A stretch of 63,906 nucleotides of DNA, filler included, from Octopus bimaculoides (GCF_001194135.2; 7 parts of 6 records of this genome joined end to end with filler, not necessarily neighbours in it); one strand, 5' to 3'; counted from the first letter of the whole stretch, positions 35,886 to 47,896 are shown. The notes: generated by a model not told the origin, from the letters alone. A program made the numbers and translations.

Positions 35886-35953
35886 GGGGGCGTAAGGGTT
35901 AAGAGCGCGGGTTACTAACCCCAAGATTCTGAGTTCGATTCCAAGCAGTGACC
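35886..35953 (+). mobile_element. tRNA-like Pol III head (A box and B box), not an intact tRNA
   Basis: GGCGTAAGGGTTAAG (A-box-like), D-stem GCGT/GCGC, arm GGG-TTACTAA-CCC, and GAGTTCGATTCC (B box, 35931-35942). The T-stem has mismatches and no clear acceptor stem is present. Confidence 0.7.
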
Positions 35954-35955
35954 TA

Positions 35956-36002
<47 letters not shown>

Positions 36003-36009
36003 CAACAAC

Positions 36010-36117
36010 AACATCGAAAAATTCCTTAGGAATGAGAACCCAGGTTTGAAATTTCCCCAAGACACTTGATGAAGGCTGGAGGGTATATCAGCCGAAACGT
36101 TGTGTTAACAACAAACA
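36010..36117 (+). mobile_element. pLTR-like repeat, copy 3
   Basis: Near-identical to 5066-5175 and 2097-2205; preceded by (AAT)n(AAC)n at 35956-36012. Confidence 0.8.
36061..36106 (+). ncRNA. Minimal type I hammerhead motif (copy 3, C3U)
   Basis: Stem I GACAC (36061-36065)/GTGTT (36102-36106), TTGATGA, extra A, GGCTG/CAGCC, GAAA, CGTT. Confidence 0.65.
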
Positions 36118-37173
36118 AACATTCCCTGTTTTCTTCCAATGAATCTAATGCTCTTAGCTTTGTTTTTCTTTGGGGCTGGCCAGATTGAAGCAATAACCAG
36201 TNNNNNNNNNNNNNNNNNNNNNNNNNNNNNNNNNNNNNNNNNNNNNNNNNNNNNNNNNNNNNNNNNNNNNNNNNNNNNNNNNNNNNNNNNNNNNNNNNNN
36301 NNNNNNNNNNNNNNNNNNNNNNNNNNNNNNNNNNNNNNNNNNNNNNNNNNNNNNNNNNNNNNNNNNNNNNNNNNNNNNNNNNNNNNNNNNNNNNNNNNNN
36401 NNNNNNNNNNNNNNNNNNNNNNNNNNNNNNNNNNNNNNNNNNNNNNNNNNNNNNNNNNNNNNNNNNNNNNNNNNNNNNNNNNNNNNNNNNNNNNNNNNNN
36501 NNNNNNNNNNNNNNNNNNNNNNNNNNNNNNNNNNNNNNNNNNNNNNNNNNNNNNNNNNNNNNNNNNNNNNNNNNNNNNNNNNNNNNNNNNNNNNNNNNNN
36601 NNNNNNNNNNNNNNNNNNNNNNNNNNNNNNNNNNNNNNNNNNNNNNNNNNNNNNNNNNNNNNNNNNNNNNNNNNNNNNNNNNNNNNNNNNNNNNNNNNNN
36701 NNNNNNNNNNNNNNNNNNNNNNNNNNNNNNNNNNNNNNNNNNNNNNNNNNNNNNNNNNNNNNNNNNNNNNNNNNNNNNNNNNNNNNNNNNNNNNNNNNNN
36801 NNNNNNNNNNNNNNNNNNNNNNNNNNNNNNNNNNNNNNNNNNNNNNNNNNNNNNNNNNNNNNNNNNNNNNNNNNNNNNNNNNNNNNNNNNNNNNNNNNNN
36901 NNNNNNNNNNNNNNNNNNNNNNNNNNNNNNNNNNNNNNNNNNNNNNNNNNNNNNNNNNNNNNNNNNNNNNNNNNNNNNNNNNNNNNNNNNNNNNNNNNNN
37001 NNNNNNNNNNNNNNNNNNNNNNNNNNNNNNNNNNNNNNNNNNNNNNNNNNNNNNNNNNNNNNNNNNNNNNNNNNNNNNNNNNNNNNNNNNNNNNNNNNNN
37101 NNNNNNNNNNNNNNNNNNNNNNNNNNNNNNNNNNNNNNNNNNNNNNNNNNNNNNNNNNNNNNNNNNNNNNNNN

Positions 37174-37286
37174 ACATCTCTTCAGTTATCCGGCCATTGA
37201 CCTTGTCACTACACAGTAATTTCCCTTTGTTTTTAACGGTCATTTTTCACAGGAATTTTCAATTGGCCGGATAACTGAAGAGATGT
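37174..37286. repeat. Perfect 23 bp inverted repeat with a 67 nt spacer, at a gap edge
   Basis: acatctcttcagttatccggcca (37174-37196) and tggccggataactgaagagatgt (37264-37286). Confidence 0.9.
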
Positions 37287-37947
37287 TGGCGTGGGCTCCC
37301 CCCCCCCCAGGCATCCGAAACTCGGAGTTTCATCATGGCTACTGAGTAAATGTCATATTTTTACAGACAAATTCTTCTATTTGCATAATATCGAGGTCTC
37401 TTTCTTTCTTTTGTTGTCCTGTGTGCAGGTGTGCCTGAGCGCACGTATAGTGTGTTTAATTTTTAATGATATTTGCCTTTGCTTTGTTAGCTATGAAATA
37501 CTAACAGAATGGTAGCATTTGTTGGGCGTTAAAATTTCTAGCGAGTATGTGTATATATTTATCTGTTATTACGTGTTTATGAATATTTTGCTTTTATTGC
37601 ATATAAGTTATGTTGTTTCAGATACCGATCTTTCTCAAAACCTTTGCAATTAATAAATCATAGATATTCTATCCTATGTAATAATACTATTAAGAAGAAC
37701 CAAATGTTAATTAAATTTGAAAATGTAGCCTAAAGCAAACGAAATGTTTGGCAAAAGATTTATTATTCAGAGACAGTATTTATATATACTGTTATTTTCT
37801 TTAACGACACAATTTCCAGAAGAATTTGTAAATCATCGTATGAAAAATTTATAAACTTATTGGTAAACTTACGACAATTTTATTCGTTACTGTTAGACAT
37901 ATACAATTAATGATTTGGTAATATTCTAACAGACACGAAACCACACA

Positions 37948-38005
<58 letters not shown>

Positions 38006-38145
38006 CACACATATATATATATATATATATACAACAATACATACATACCCTTAGATAAGTATATGTGTGTGCGTGTGTGAGGGTATGTGTGTATACACAT
38101 ATATATACACAGACATTTATAAAATATATATATATATATATATAT

Positions 38146-39163
38146 ATTTATAATCATAAATATATAGGGATTGACAGTAATCTGCTTCTCCAACATACTG
38201 AGAATTCAGAAATAGCAGTCAAAGAACTACTGATTTCAAAACTACAAATTATTANNNNNNNNNNNNNNNNNNNNNNNNNNNNNNNNNNNNNNNNNNNNNN
38301 NNNNNNNNNNNNNNNNNNNNNNNNNNNNNNNNNNNNNNNNNNNNNNNNNNNNNNNNNNNNNNNNNNNNNNNNNNNNNNNNNNNNNNNNNNNNNNNNNNNN
38401 NNNNNNNNNNNNNNNNNNNNNNNNNNNNNNNNNNNNNNNNNNNNNNNNNNNNNNNNNNNNNNNNNNNNNNNNNNNNNNNNNNNNNNNNNNNNNNNNNNNN
38501 NNNNNNNNNNNNNNNNNNNNNNNNNNNNNNNNNNNNNNNNNNNNNNNNNNNNNNNNNNNNNNNNNNNNNNNNNNNNNNNNNNNNNNNNNNNNNNNNNNNN
38601 NNNNNNNNNNNNNNNNNNNNNNNNNNNNNNNNNNNNNNNNNNNNNNNNNNNNNNNNNNNNNNNNNNNNNNNNNNNNNNNNNNNNNNNNNNNNNNNNNNNN
38701 NNNNNNNNNNNNNNNNNNNNNNNNNNNNNNNNNNNNNNNNNNNNNNNNNNNNNNNNNNNNNNNNNNNNNNNNNNNNNNNNNNNNNNNNNNNNNNNNNNNN
38801 NNNNNNNNNNNNNNNNNNNNNNNNNNNNNNNNNNNNNNNNNNNNNNNNNNNNNNNNNNNNNNNNNNNNNNNNNNNNNNNNNNNNNNNNNNNNNNNNNNNN
38901 NNNNNNNNNNNNNNNNNNNNNNNNNNNNNNNNNNNNNNNNNNNNNNNNNNNNNNNNNNNNNNNNNNNNNNNNNNNNNNNNNNNNNNNNNNNNNNNNNNNN
39001 NNNTCTACTGTTTTTTGTTCTGTGTGTATCAAAAATATCGCTATCAATCTAGAGTAATAATTTGTAGTTTTGAAATCAGTAGTTCTTTGACTGCTATTTC
39101 TGAATTCTCAGTATGTTGGAGAAGCAGGTTACTGTCAATCCCTATATATTTATGATTATAAAT
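38146..39163. mobile_element. Element with long terminal inverted repeats (at least 109 bp), interior mostly in a gap
   Basis: 38146-38254 is the reverse complement of 39055-39163, with one mismatch seen (aatctgc versus aacctgc). Confidence 0.6.
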
Positions 39164-39285
39164 GTTTTTTACCGAAGAAGGTTTTTTCATACTGAGCTAC
39201 CCGGCAAAATTGTTAATTATTAATTTTATTACTAATTGACGATTCCCTGCCCTGCATATCTATATATATATATATATATATATAT

Positions 39286-40244
39286 AACTCATATAGGTTT
39301 TGACCATGTCTAACAGCACCACCTAAATCTGTTTTAAGTTAAGTTTTGTGGTATTATGTCCCATTCAAGTGGGGAGTTCTTGTTGAGTGAGTTGTACCCA
39401 GGTATAGGTGGCTTATCTGGTACCCCACAAAGGTTATGGGATCCTTTGCCTTTTTTTTATCTGTTTCGTGACAATGTTAAATAGGGCAGGGCCTGTTGAA
39501 GAAAAGAAATTGTGTTGTACGTATGGCCCGTGGTCCTAGCTTTCGATAAATTTTGAAGCTAATGCTGAAGTCGTTTGGGCAATACTGCTGGTATATTCTC
39601 TACATTGAGCAAATGATATATCGCTCACGGCAGCCACTGGAGAGAATAGTTTCAATGCTTTAAGGCGCTCCGAAAAGTCGAGATCAGTCCTGCCCTTAAT
39701 TCTTTTAGTGAATGTCCTCTGGGTGATTCAATTTGCGAAATATTTTGTTTTGCATAGGGAGACCACATTGGGCAGCAATATTCGAGGTGTGGCCGTACAA
39801 AGAAGAAAAGAGGAATGATGTCACTTTGTTCTCTAAACCGGATGGTTCTTAGGATTCAGGAGCTCATCCTATGAGCTATAACGACCTTATTGCTGATGTG
39901 GGAGCTGAGATTGTTGTCAACAATTACTCTTAGGTCTTTGATATTATTAGATGCTGTGAGTGGTTCACCTAAAAGAAGAGTGTATGGCTGTTTTAGCATA
40001 GTCTTCTTCCAAAATGCATCAGCTCAAATTTTCCCTCGTTTAGTTACAGTTTGCTTTTGTCTGCCCATTGACATACAGCATGTAGACCACATTGGATTTC
40101 AGTTCGGTTTTCTGAAATTGATAAGTTTCTGGAGCTTGGAGTCATCAACGAATATTTTCGCATTTCTGTGTTTTATGACGCTGAAATGGTCGTTTATATG
40201 AACTATAAAGAGAAGCGGGGCCCAAGACGATCCCTTGTACTAGG
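39286..40244 (-). mobile_element. CR1/L2-group LINE, 5'-truncated (RT motifs to 3' tail), decayed
   Basis: Translation gives VQGIVLGP..LFIVHIND...KIFVDDSKL, VRPHLEYCCPMWSPY, QRTFTKRIKG...FSERLKALKL, RERYII, FSSTGPALFNIV and VPDKPPIPGY. Confidence 0.9.
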
Positions 40245-40372
40245 CTTACAAGTACTAGGCTTAAAAAGTACTAGGCTTACAAAGAATAAGTCCTGGTGTA
40301 GATTTACTCGACTAAAGGCGGTGCTCCACTATGGTCACGGTCAAATGACTGAAACAAATAAAAGAGTAAATG
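40237..40372 (+). mobile_element. SINE family B 3' end with a triplicated 15-16 bp unit
   Basis: gtactaggcttacaa x3, then agaataagtcctgg...actcgactaaaggcggtgctccactatggtcacggtcaaatgactgaaacaaataaaagag. Confidence 0.85.
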
Positions 40373-40641
40373 AATATATATATCAATATACACACACACA
40401 TATACATACACACATACACACACACATATGTATATATACCACTATATATATATATGTGCGAGTGCGCATTAAGATTCTAGAGCTGGTATTGAACGATCGA
40501 GTAAGACTACTCAATATTTTATGAATGTACAGGTGTACAGTTACTATTTATTTCCAGAGAGATTATGTTGCTTACAGCATACAGGTATAGTTAAAATTGT
40601 AAACAAACATCTGAAATTTCTTTGTCATTTCTTCTTACGCA

Positions 40642-40795
40642 AGCGTGGCTGTGTGGCTTCCCAAGTACAATGTTCCAGTCTCTGTTCCCACTACGTGGCA
40701 ATTTTAGCGAACGTTTTCCACTATTGCCTGAAACTGAATAAAGCCTTACAAATTGGTATTGGTTTCGCAGGCGGTAACTAGGTCGGTAGACGGAC
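40642..40795 (+). mobile_element. SINE family B 5' half, diverged
   Basis: gcgtggctgtgtgg...gttcccactacgtggca...ccactattgcc...ggtagacgga. Confidence 0.65.
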
Positions 40796-40816
40796 ACTAT
40801 ATATATAAATCTTTAC

Positions 40817-40873
<57 letters not shown>

Positions 40874-41662
40874 GTATATATAGTAGACTTACTACCCAAC
40901 TTTGCTCGGTAAAGCTTTCACGGAATTGTTTGCCAGCTTTTAGAATGGGAATTCACGGTTTTTATGCATGTATATACATATATTTAAACTAACCTCTGGA
41001 CGTATTTAATTGGAACAATCCAAACACTAGAAATCAATTTACATGAGTAGAAACCTATTTTTTTAAACAATCTCTATCTTAAAAATAACAAAACTTGTGC
41101 TTAATCCTTTCAATAGAGGTTCAAATGTCACAAAAATTTGTACTGCCCTGCCGAAGGTAAGCATGAAAATAAATATGTAAGAAAAATTAAGATAGAATAT
41201 ACAATTTCTGAGATATTTCAGTTACACACAAATATCCCTAGAGTTTTAGTATTATCAAGATATTTATACACGAATATATCCATATGTTGGTCTTTGTGTC
41301 TGCATTTGTCCCCCTCCATGCACGCGTGTGTGTGTTTCTCACTGTTGGTTCGTTTACAACCCCATTTTTAAGTAATTCCTTAAAACCTATAAAATTGGTA
41401 CATGGCCGGAACTAAGCACTAAAGTAGATATGACCGACTAACAACCCAGTACAGCAGAAACACGTGAAAGCGTATGTGTTTGCATTTTTCCATATAATAA
41501 TAATGTTGCTCAAGAATTAAAACGTATCAGAGACTCTGTTTTCATGAAGGAGAATATTTAAATAAGTGTTTATATATTTAATGCATGGCGCATTAGAAAG
41601 CTAACAAAAACATTAGTCTTTGAATGGGGGGATGGAAATACTGAAAGAGAATAAGAGGAAAA

Positions 41663-41707
41663 ATTGAAGAAAAAGAAGAAGAAGAAGAAGAAGAAGAAGA
41701 AGAAGAG
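41663..41707. repeat. (GAA)n microsatellite
   Basis: Seen directly. Confidence 0.95.
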
Positions 41708-42299
41708 TGGGGTAACGAGGATATAAAGAGATGTAAAAGTGAAAAACAAGTAAAAAAATAAATAAAGGGATATAAATGTAAGGTAAAGCGGGGAAATGTT
41801 TGAACATAGATTGTTTGGACAGACATTGTATCGTATTTATGTAGATGGGGGAAAGTAGATCCCTTTTCCTCTATTTTTTTGTTTGTTTCCTTCTTTTTCG
41901 TTTTTAGAAAGTACACGGGACAGGAACAAGGACAGACATTGAGAAATATTGAGAGGGTGACAGTCCGGCGGTGGTAATCTTAGAGAAACAAAATTTAAAA
42001 CGCGTCTGCAAACAAGGCAGAATTTCATCGAAATAAGTGACTGTTGGTAATGGTGGTTGAGGAGGGTTGGTTGCGTTAGGTGGTCTATCAACACGTGTTT
42101 TTGTTGGCAATTTATTTTAGGAATACAAAATAAATGACCTCGAAAGAAAAAGATAAAATTAAAAGCGAAACATGAATAGAAATAAAAAAATTAAAAAATT
42201 AAATGTGGAGGGCAGAATATGGGTTGGTCAGAGGTAAAAGTGAGTGGACAGGGAAATCTCATTGGTAAGTAAGTATGGTGTAGATAGGAGAGAAATATT

Positions 42300-42778
42300 A
42301 TTTCAAATTTTATAACAAGGCCAACAATTCAAGAGGGGAGGGGGTAGGTTGATTATATCGAGCCCAGTGCTCAACTGCTATCTACTTTGTGGATCCTGAA
42401 GGGAAGATAGGTAACGTCAACTTCGGTGGAATTTGAACTTAGAAGGTAAATACAGACGAAATGCCGACGTAGTAATGATTCTGTCATCTCGCTGACTTAT
42501 AAGCGAGAAATATTGATTTCAAATGTTTGCACAAGGCCAGCAATTTCCGAAAAGGAGTAAATCGGTTACTTCGAGCCCTGTGTTGAATAGGTTCTTATTT
42601 TATCGACCATGAAAGGATGAAAGATACAGCCGACCTTGGTGGAATTTGAAACATCGCTAAGCATTTTGCCCGGCGCGGTAATGATTCTGCCAGCTCTCTG
42701 CCTATATTATGATAATAATGGTTTCAAATTTTGGTACAAAGCCATAAAGTTCAGGGCTGTGGGTAAGTCGATTACATA
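42300..42778 (-). mobile_element. Head-to-tail array of three SINE family A copies (42300-42500, 42511-42703, partial 42717-42778)
   Basis: Each starts tttcaaat(t/g)tt..(c/t)acaa.gcc; the first two end with gattctg.ca.ctc. Confidence 0.8.
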
Positions 42779-42854
42779 GGAGACAAATCTTGATAGAGAG
42801 AACGAGAGAGAAAGAAAGAGAGAAACACGGAGAGAAGAGAATACTCCTAACCAA

Positions 42855-43577
42855 AATATATTCTTTAACTCTTTTTTTATGTTTACCAGCCACTGAATTG
42901 CAGCCTTGCAGAAGCATCGCCTTGAAAGATTTAACCGATCAAATCGGTTCCCATATTTATATTTTTAAGTCTGGCACTTAATGTATTAGTATATTTCTGA
43001 CGAAACTTTAATTACGGGCCTGGAAATAAACCAGCACCGGTTGTCAAGAAGGGACAACCAAACACAAAGCCGCACATAGACTCTTGCGTGCGTGCACACA
43101 CATACGCCCTTTAACACACACACATACACACACACACATGCAAGCATACAGACACACGTGTATATACAAACTTATGCGATGGGTTCCTCAAAGTCTGTAA
43201 CTAGCAAATTCACTCGCAAAGCAATCGTTGATTCAGGTCTATACTAAGAGACACTTGTTTAACCCTGTCATTGCTCAACCCTGTCACGCTGTATTCCAGC
43301 TATTGCAGGAACAGATTAAATGTCGGAATCCGAGTAATGCAAAAATAGAGAACACCCGATTAAAAAGATGCAGCTGATTCTGTCCATTAGTTTGCCTGCC
43401 ATCTTTACTCTTGAGCTCTATACGGAACAGTTTTTTCGCTCAGGAGTTCATGAGAAGAGTAAATTTAGACACAGGAACTTAGATCCGAGAGAGTGAATGA
43501 GCCGCACACAGTGGCAATGAACCCAAAGCTACGTGGCTGCAAAGCTAATTTATTAAACGTACAGACGATGCTGGGCC
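42855..43577 (-). mobile_element. SINE family B copy interrupted by about 230 bp of unrelated sequence (43266-43498)
   Basis: Tail and body at 42855-43265 (accagcaccggttgtcaag; aaattcactcgcaaagc; agacacttg) and a diverged head at 43499-43577 (cagtggcaatgaaccc...gtggctgcaaagc). Confidence 0.55.
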
Positions 43578-43899
43578 TTATATATGGGAATAAATGTTTG
43601 ATATAAAAATATATATTAATAAATTTATCCGAATTTCTGTATAGTGAAAGAGAATTTAAAACAAACAGAAAGTACACGATCTGATAGATGCAGTAAAGAA
43701 TTTAATAAAAAAGAAAAATGAAAAGAATATCGTTTGAACTAACTCAAGTAACTATCAACATTTTTGTGAGATTCAATTTCTGGAAAGTGTTATCTCTATA
43801 CACAGACAAACGAAATCTTAAACATCTTCCTAAAGTGCTAAAAACATTTAGTCAGAAAGATTATCAGGAGACTGTCCAGCATATCCTGCCTAAAGGAAA

Positions 43900-44100
43900 A
43901 GGAATATACATAAAAAAATAAAGAATTTGCCATAATGGAGTGATGGGAAAAAACGTGATAAAGTTGAATGTTTACAACAGCGACACACATAATATATACT
44001 GGAAAAGAAAAAAGAAGGCGGCTAAATCAACTAACTCAGCAGCATGAATGTAGAATCCAACAAAGTCAGGAATTTCTAAGTTTTGATCAAGAAACATCTG
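43900..44100 (+). mobile_element. Possible decayed PLE GIY-YIG endonuclease fragment
   Basis: KNVIK / VECLQ / IYTGKEKRRRLNQLTQQHECRI across frameshifts resembles N-V-I-Y-x-x-x-C-x-x-C...Y-I-G-x-T-x-R-x-L-x-x-R-x-x-E-H. Confidence 0.35.
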
Positions 44101-45929
44101 CCAACCAAAGAAAAACAACAGAAGTAATTCCAAGAGAAAACGCGCAGAAATTCGTTATAGTGGTATGCAAAACATTGCCACCCAGTCTAGCGTGCCATCT
44201 TTTACTAAATTCAAACCCATAAGTTAACCACAGCACATAATTGTTACAGCTTACATCGTATTTTGCAAAGTCTCCGTGGACAGTTAGAGGGTACACCGAT
44301 CCCCGATTATCACGGATTCATTCATCACTGATGTATAACACGGTTCAGTCGTGAATCGTGTTACAATTGTTGTGGACTTATCTGTGAGAACACGGGTCGG
44401 CCATCACTCAAACATACTGCTTGGACTGCAAAAACACACCACCGTGATCACTCACAACGCTCAATAAAACTTGGATTCACAGAACTAAACTGGCTTTCTG
44501 CATATATTCTATTATTCGTCTATCACTGATTCTTTTGAAATAGTGTTCATTTTTGGAACCAAGCATCCATGATAAACGAGGGTGGAGGTAATTGGTCACT
44601 GATGAAATTCTAACTCAGGATTGAAACTGGTTCAGCTTATTTTCGTATTTATGTCTACAAAGGTGGGGTAAATACAGATGTTGACATCTGTGAGTGATAC
44701 AGTGCTGGCTAAAATGTATAGATTTATTCTCTAGTTCAATGTAGAATTGAAACAAAGCATTGCCAATGTACAAGTAATTTGTTAATCGGTCTATTGTATG
44801 TGCTGTAGTTTAATTTTGTTTCATTTAGATTGTTTTGACGGCCCTGAAGCTATGATTTTCATTGTTAAGCGAAAGAATCCAAATTTTGTTGGATGAAAGA
44901 CAAGTGTTTATTGCCTTTAGTGGGAGCCATCAATCCCAAAATAGAGACATTACACTCTGTAATTACGTTAAAAATGCAATATAAAATAACAAACCACCAT
45001 GAAAGAGAAGCTTTCAGGGAAATCTTTACAAAACTCAGACTGTATTAACAAAATAGAACACCAGAAGAAACAAAATATAACGAACAAAAATAAAATAAAA
45101 AATAAAAATAGACGTTTCTTTTTTATTTTCAAATTTAAACAAAATCATAATACTATGAAGTTATAACAAGTAAACGTAATTTCCATAGCAATTCATTGCA
45201 TTAGTTCGTAAAAAAGATGTTGCTAGTATTTCTTCATATTGCTTCTTTTGTCATGTAGTGATGTATAAATGCTATTTCAGTTACTTAAAATACAAACTAA
45301 TATTTATTTGAAGTATGTCATGTTGTAGTCTTCACTAGACCGAAAGTGGTTATTTTCCTGAAGTATAAGTATGTACCAGCAGAATAAATGTTCCTACTCA
45401 AGCAAGCATCTGTTGGCATGCCAAAATGGTTTCTTTTCATGCTAGTATTCAAACTAATCATTTCAGTATTTCGGATTATATCCAATATCTTCAACCATAT
45501 TTCTACAGAGGTTTTTTTTTTGTTCTTTGTATTTACTTCATATTTGTTTGTTGTCGTTTTCTACTCATCTATGACCGCAGGTTAAATACACAATTTATAT
45601 ATGCTGTGTAGAATGAAATATTCGACAACTAGTATACGTGCACTGGAAAATATTCCAAATTCTATAGATATTTCGCTATCAAAAGGCGTTTATTATTCCA
45701 TATACGTTACTGTTAAAATTAACCCTAAACATCTTCGTATTTATTTATTATTCTTTCTTAAACGTAAATTCTCTTCTTAATATTATCCTATTAAGTCCTT
45801 CAAGAAATTAGAAAGATCCTTTATGAATTATACAAATATGTCTTTTATATAGGTCTGTGTACCTTGCAAGTGATACTACGATCACATTTTATTCATCTTA
45901 TCTAACTCTTACAGGTAAGGTCTATAAAC

Positions 45930-46190
45930 TCCACGTTCATTCTATCGAGTCACGCTGGGACCTTCGCAGAGCATCTCCGAGACATCAGACTCGACAATAA
46001 CACTTCGGTCACGCGCCACTTCCGCTCTACTGGTCATTCGCTTCAACATCTGTTTGTGATCAGACTGTCTCTGCATAGGGGCCGCCCGGATTCCAGCCTT
46101 CGCCATGGACAGGAATTAATCTCAACTCACCTCCTCTATTCATCTGAAACCAACCTCACCTCCTCTCTTCATTTGACACCAATCCCACAT
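45930..46190 (+). mobile_element. PLE GIY-YIG endonuclease C-terminal fragment
   Basis: FAEHLRDIRLDNNTSVTRHFRSTGHSLQHLFVIRLSLHRGRPDSSLRHGQELI matches the PLE pattern R-F-x-E-H...V-x-x-H-F...H-S...E-x-x-L-I. Confidence 0.75.
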
Positions 46191-46199
46191 GGACTGCCT

Positions 46200-46660
46200 C
46201 TCGTCCCACACACACCACCTACACACCTGCATACCGCCCACCTCGGTACCCTCACCTACACACACACCAATACACACTGTTCAACTCACCACTCACTTCA
46301 CATACCATTACACACATACCGACAACACCTTCCCACTATATACACACTTCTCAGCATCCACACAACACACCATCATCCACACATACAATATTCAATAGCG
46401 TCACCACACATACCATTATATGAGCATCCACACACACTATGTAACTCAGCTCACACACCATACACCATCGTGCACACTCCCACATCTACACAAGCACATA
46501 ATACCTGAGCACAGACAATATATACACATACGCACATACACAGACTCGCAACACGCATAAACACACGCATCACACATAGACAAAGATAACTGTCGGCCAC
46601 ATACCTATACTATATACATGCACATTATTTGATCACAGTGACACACACACATATAACACN
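46200..46660. repeat. Degenerate CA-rich simple-sequence tract
   Basis: Seen directly, immediately 3' of the PLE endonuclease fragment. Confidence 0.85.
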
Positions 46661-47395
46661 NNNNNNNNNNNNNNNNNNNNNNNNNNNNNNNNNNNNNNNN
46701 NNNTTAATTAATTAANNNNNNNNNNNNNNNNNNNNNNNNNNNNNNNNNNNNNNNNNNNNATATTCATATATGTATGTGTGTGCGTAGTTAAGTGTCGATT
46801 TCTATGTTTGCACGTATCTACATCCATACATATACATATATATATATGAATACATATATGTATTTTTGTATTATATATATATATGTTTGTGTGTGTATGT
46901 GTAAGTGTGCGGGTGCATGTGTGCGTGTGTCTGCTGCATGTCTGTCTGCGTGTGTAGATGTGTGTGTGCGTAAATATCTATGTTTATGTATATAAGTGTA
47001 TGCGTTTGTGTGTGTGCTTGTCAAGTAAAACAAAATGGCGTAATGTTACAAAGCTACACTCAGAGATGCATAAATCAGTCAAGCGCATATATAAATGTGC
47101 AGACTGAAAGAGGCAAACAGACTGACGCACACGCACACATACAAATATATACACATACATACATACATATATACATAATATATATATGTATGTATGTATG
47201 TATGCATGTATGTACATGTACACATGGGTACGCTTCCTTAACCAGTTTTCTTTCTCCAAAACAGCGTCACTGATAACTAAATGGGTACATCTGAAAGACA
47301 TTTTTTTAATGTTATTGTTTCTAAGTATGTTTGTGTGTTTGTACGCACCTCACATTTTATACGTTCATTTTTAATGATATGTCTCTGTCTCTGTG

Positions 47396-47896
47396 TGTGT
47401 GTGTGTATGTGTGTTTGTGTAGAGATAAATATATACATATATATCATATATATGTATATATATATATACATATTCTGATATATATGTGTATCCGAAAGAA
47501 CAGATTATAGGTATAACGGTATACTATGTCCTTCGTGGTACAGATGTGTGCACGTGAGTGTGCGTGTGTAGGTATGTATANNNNNNNNNNTATATATATA
47601 TACGTATATGTATATACTTATATATATATATATATGTATATATATATACTACTAGATATGTATATTCATATATATATATATATATGCATATCTATATACA
47701 TAAATAAGATGTGTGTGTGTGTATGTGTGTTTGTGTAGAGATAAATATATACATATATATCATATATATGTATATATATATATACATATTCTGATATATA
47801 TGTGTATCTGAAAGAACAGATTATAGGTATAACGGTATACTATGTACTTCGTGGTACAGATGTGTGCACGTGAGTGTGCGTGTGTAGGTATGTATA
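47396..47896 (+). repeat. ~185 bp direct duplication (47396-47580 and 47711-47896) around a 10-N gap
   Basis: The unique cores differ at two positions seen (ccgaaa/ctgaaa; gtcctt/gtactt). Confidence 0.9.

Noticed and set aside
35886-35953. Possible tRNA gene (anticodon loop TTACTAA)
   Set aside because: No recognisable acceptor stem and a mismatched T-stem; treated as a tRNA-derived retroposon head.
36026-37243. Long ORFs of 200-430 aa in the track (also 38065-39057, 48515-49887, 53604-54278, 56286-57320, 60782-61632)
   Set aside because: They consist almost entirely of X from N gaps.
44590-44640. CTGATGA-AATTC...GGATT-GAAAC-TG-GTT, a hammerhead-like string
   Set aside because: No stem I pairing around the core and no second copy seen; compatible with chance.
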